A DNA stretch of 50,469 nucleotides, from contig CAVUPH010000005.1 of assembly GCA_963743305.1 (NCBI GenBank), forward strand, positions 1-50,469, in the 5' to 3' direction. Shown here one piece after another: positions 48,104 to 50,469 of the stretch. The position numbers and the translations under genes were made by a program. Each line of letters begins with the position of its first letter. The first letter of the stretch is position 1. Below the pieces are notes generated by a model. The model was not told the DNA's origin. It saw only the letters and a list, made by a program, of their open reading frames with translations, and did not search any database. Origin of the DNA: an uncultured delta proteobacterium (GTDB taxonomy: Bacteria; Desulfobacterota; RBG-13-43-22).

Positions 48104-48342
48104 AACATCGAACATCGAATGCCCAACATCCAACATCGAATGAAAAAAAAGTCATCCACCTCCGGCAAAGCCGGGGATTTACCAAAGAGAAATTATTCGT
48201 TCTTCCTTTTGGACGGGTGGCCACAATATCGGGTTTATTGGACTGAAATCAGGCCATACCGGATCGAAGGCTTCTAAAGGGCCAGAGTCAAGAAATATAC
48301 CATTCAACATTCGATGTTGGACGTTCGATGTTCGATGTTCAT
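48104..48342. repeat. Composite intergenic element: inverted AACATCG heptamer arrays enclosing a CCGGCAAAGCCGG hairpin and a partial family-X copy (D, ~48205-48270)
   Basis: 48104-48140 and 48308-48342 are inverted arrays; GGGTGGCCACAATATCGGGTTTATTGGACTGAAATCAGGCC matches 3479-3519. Confidence 0.85.
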
Positions 48343-48380
48343 TTAGGTGTCGGCGCCTATCCCACCTGGTTCCCCCCACC

Positions 48381-48833
48381 CTACAACAGTGACCGTAAGA
48401 GCCGCTCGATCTCGTTCTTGGGCAGGGCCCCCACCTGACGGTTGACCAATTGCCCCCCTTTAAAAAAAAGGAGCGTCGGGATGCTCTGAATTTGAAATTG
48501 CCCGGCGATCCTCTGATTCTGATCCGTGTTCAATTTGGCGATTTTAACCCGTCCCGCGTATTCCCCGGCCAATTGTTCCATGATCGGGCCCACCGTTCGG
48601 CAGGGGCCGCACCAGGGGGCCCAGCAGTCCACCAGTACCGGCCCGGCGTGCTGGGTCACTTCGCGGGCAAAGGTCTGGTCGGTCACCTCCACCGGGCGAC
48701 TCGAAAAAGACCCTGCCGCCGACAATGGAGTTTTGCATTTTCCGCAAATCGCCCGCTCCCCTTGCCGGGCCGCCGGAATCCTATTTTTTGCCCCGCATCG
48801 GGGACAGGGAACAATAATCTCATCACCGGTCAT
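48381..48833 (-). CDS. trxC: Thioredoxin 2 (zinc-finger thioredoxin)
   Basis: CPRC...CGKC zinc site plus WAPWCGPC; ATG at 48833 (the track start runs into a repeat). Confidence 0.92.
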   Translation of the reverse strand: MTGDEIIVPCPRCGAKNRIPAARQGERAICGKCKTPLSAAGSFSSRPVEVTDQTFAREVTQHAGPVLVDCWAPWCGPCRTVGPIMEQLAGEYAGRVKIAKLNTDQNQRIAGQFQIQSIPTLLFFKGGQLVNRQVGALPKNEIERLLRSLL

Positions 48834-48924
48834 GGCCACCCCACTGATTGTTTTAATCAATACAAAATAAGAATGGTTGGAACGCAAAATCAAGCATGAC
48901 GGACCAGCTAAAGTCCAAAACCCT

Positions 48925-49020
48925 GTCATTGCGACCCGGACTAGCCGGGGGAAGCTGAATCCCCACCATGGTAACTTATCTGATTGGGGATTGCTTCGTC
49001 GCTTCACTCCTCGCAATGAC
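48925..49020. repeat. GTCATTGCGA...TCGCAATGAC palindromic REP/RPE-like element
   Basis: 10-bp terminal inverted repeats with internal AATCCCCA/TGGGGATT arms. Confidence 0.8.
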
Positions 49021-49069
49021 ACCGCTGGGGATTTTTTGCCAGACCATCAATTTTCACCTTCTCCAAAAA

Positions 49070-49966
49070 TCATCTTTTATTGACCCAATAGATCCCCACG
49101 GAGATCAGGGCCAGGGAGATCAGCAGGGAGAGGCTGATCGGTTCCCCCGGAACGAACAGGCTGCTGAGGAAGACCCCGGAGATGGGAGTAAAAAAGGAAA
49201 AAGCGGCTAACGTGGTGGCAGGGTAGATATGCAAAAGATAAAACCAGGCCCAGTAACTCAACCAGGCCACGATAATCGTTTGATAAAATAGTGAAAGAAG
49301 TATCGTCTGATCGGGATACGGATGGGACTCCCCTCCAGGAAGAAACTCAAGCCAAACAGGACCGGAGCGGAAAACAACAGTTGATAGATCAGGGTCTCAA
49401 AAGCATTGCAGGAGCGGATCAGAAATTTCTTGATATAGAGGGTGGTGGCCGCCCAGCCCAACGCGCCCAGCAGGACATAAAAATCTCCCTTCAACACGGT
49501 GGCCGAAAAATCCGCAACCCCTCTGAGAAGGCGAAGGCCAGTCCGGTAAAGGCCAGGAGCAATCCCGCGAACCGCTTCCAGCTCAGACGATCCCCCGGAA
49601 GGAAGTAATGCGTCCCAGGGCCACCCAGAAGGGATGAGTGTAAAGGAAGATATAAGCCCGGCCGGCAAAGGTATAGCGTTGGGACAAGTAAATAAAGGCG
49701 AACTCCACCCCGAAAAGCACCCCCACCATAACCGCGTGCATTTTATTGAAAGCCGGTGGGAAGACCCGCTCCTTCCGAATACGCATCCAAAAATACATTA
49801 GACCGGCGGCCACCAGGGAACGCAGACCCGCCGTGAACATCGGGGCCATTCCCCGGTTGGTGAATTTGATGGCCGCCATGTTCCCGCCCCAGAGGGTGCA
49901 GAGGATCAGCAGAATGACAACGGCTTTCCAATCCAAATGGGTTTTTTGCGTATAGAGGGAGGACAT
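49070..49966 (-). CDS. DMT/EamA-family transporter (frameshifted)
   Basis: LWGGN..AIK, AGLRS, IFLYTHPFW, GD...LLGALGWA and FSFFTPISGV across three frames. Confidence 0.85.
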
Positions 49967-50004
49967 AAGGGAAAGAAAGGGGTGACCTTAGATATAGAAT
50001 CCTT

Positions 50005-50032
50005 AAACTCGAAATCCGAAACACGAAATCCA
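50005..50032. repeat. Heptamer repeat (AAATCCG-type)
   Basis: aaactcg aaatccg aaacacg aaatcca. Confidence 0.65.
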
Positions 50033-50085
50033 ATTTAATTTTTTTGAAATCCGCCTTCCGGTTTGGCCCCGGTCGGCTTCAAAAT

Positions 50086-50469
50086 TTAGACGATACCGAA
50101 AAAATCCGGGCGTTCTGATTGGTCCTTAAAACGACTTCTTCCGGATTCATCCGCTTAATCCGGGCCAGCTCGGTCAAGCTCTGGATCACCTGGGCCGGGC
50201 GGGCTTCCACCCCCTGATAGCGCACAGGAGAATCGGTTTCCAGCAGTATCTGTTTTAGGGGCGTGATGGCTACGGCTTCCTGGTGCTTGGGACTGTAGGC
50301 CAGCGCCGGAGTGGCGGAAATGGAATACCCCTGGAGCAGCAGGTTCTTCAGGACGTCTACCGGTCCGCTGTACCAATGAAAAATGGCCTGGGTGAGATCA
50401 TTCTTCCGGACCAGTTCATACAGCTCTCCCCATGGGCCAATCGGGAGTGAATGATAACCGGCTTTTTTC
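50086..50469 (-). CDS. tatD: TatD-family hydrolase, C-terminal part (5' end outside window)
   Basis: Manual translation: KPVIIHSR...IFHWYSG...SISATP...ILLETDSP...TNQNA. Confidence 0.85.

Noticed and set aside
48834-49022. N-terminal extension of trxC in the ORF track
   Set aside because: It translates a palindromic repeat; the real start is most likely ATG 48833.

Overview
Gene-dense ~50 kb chromosomal segment from an anaerobic bacterium. Gene content and repeat style suggest Desulfobacterota (Syntrophobacteria/Desulfobaccia-like); this is an inference. At least 12 genes are broken by single-base indels, mostly in homopolymers, which looks like uncorrected long-read error rather than decay. 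Left to right: phoH / 7TM-HD phosphodiesterase / ybeY; cvpA-mazG; a GT2 flanked by two GT-C-like membrane proteins; an alpha/beta hydrolase and a 4Fe-4S protein; a divergent pgk; an RNase H-like exonuclease; tusA plus a Cys-rich hybrid kinase; an hdrA-mvhDGA hydrogenase operon without hdrBC, whose HdrA has lost the four Cys of the FAD-domain [4Fe-4S] motif; an acetylene-hydratase-like Mo/W enzyme; then a 14 kb minus-strand signalling cluster; then corA, an ABC permease, a hydrolase, znuABC-like genes, a conserved hypothetical gene, trxC, an EamA transporter and tatD. The signalling cluster is the best candidate for an uncharacterised system. It holds two TonB-dependent receptor + YfiR pairs, each behind a sigma-54-like promoter, then a CHASE8/HAMP kinase, a DivK-like regulator, two more kinases with near-identical transmitter modules, and a DivK-PleD-like REC-REC-REC-GGDEF fusion. 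Intergenic spaces carry several REP/MITE-like and heptamer repeat families, including a 115-bp dispersed element. No rRNA, tRNA, CRISPR array or transposase was seen. All family assignments come from motif recognition by eye; no database search was run.
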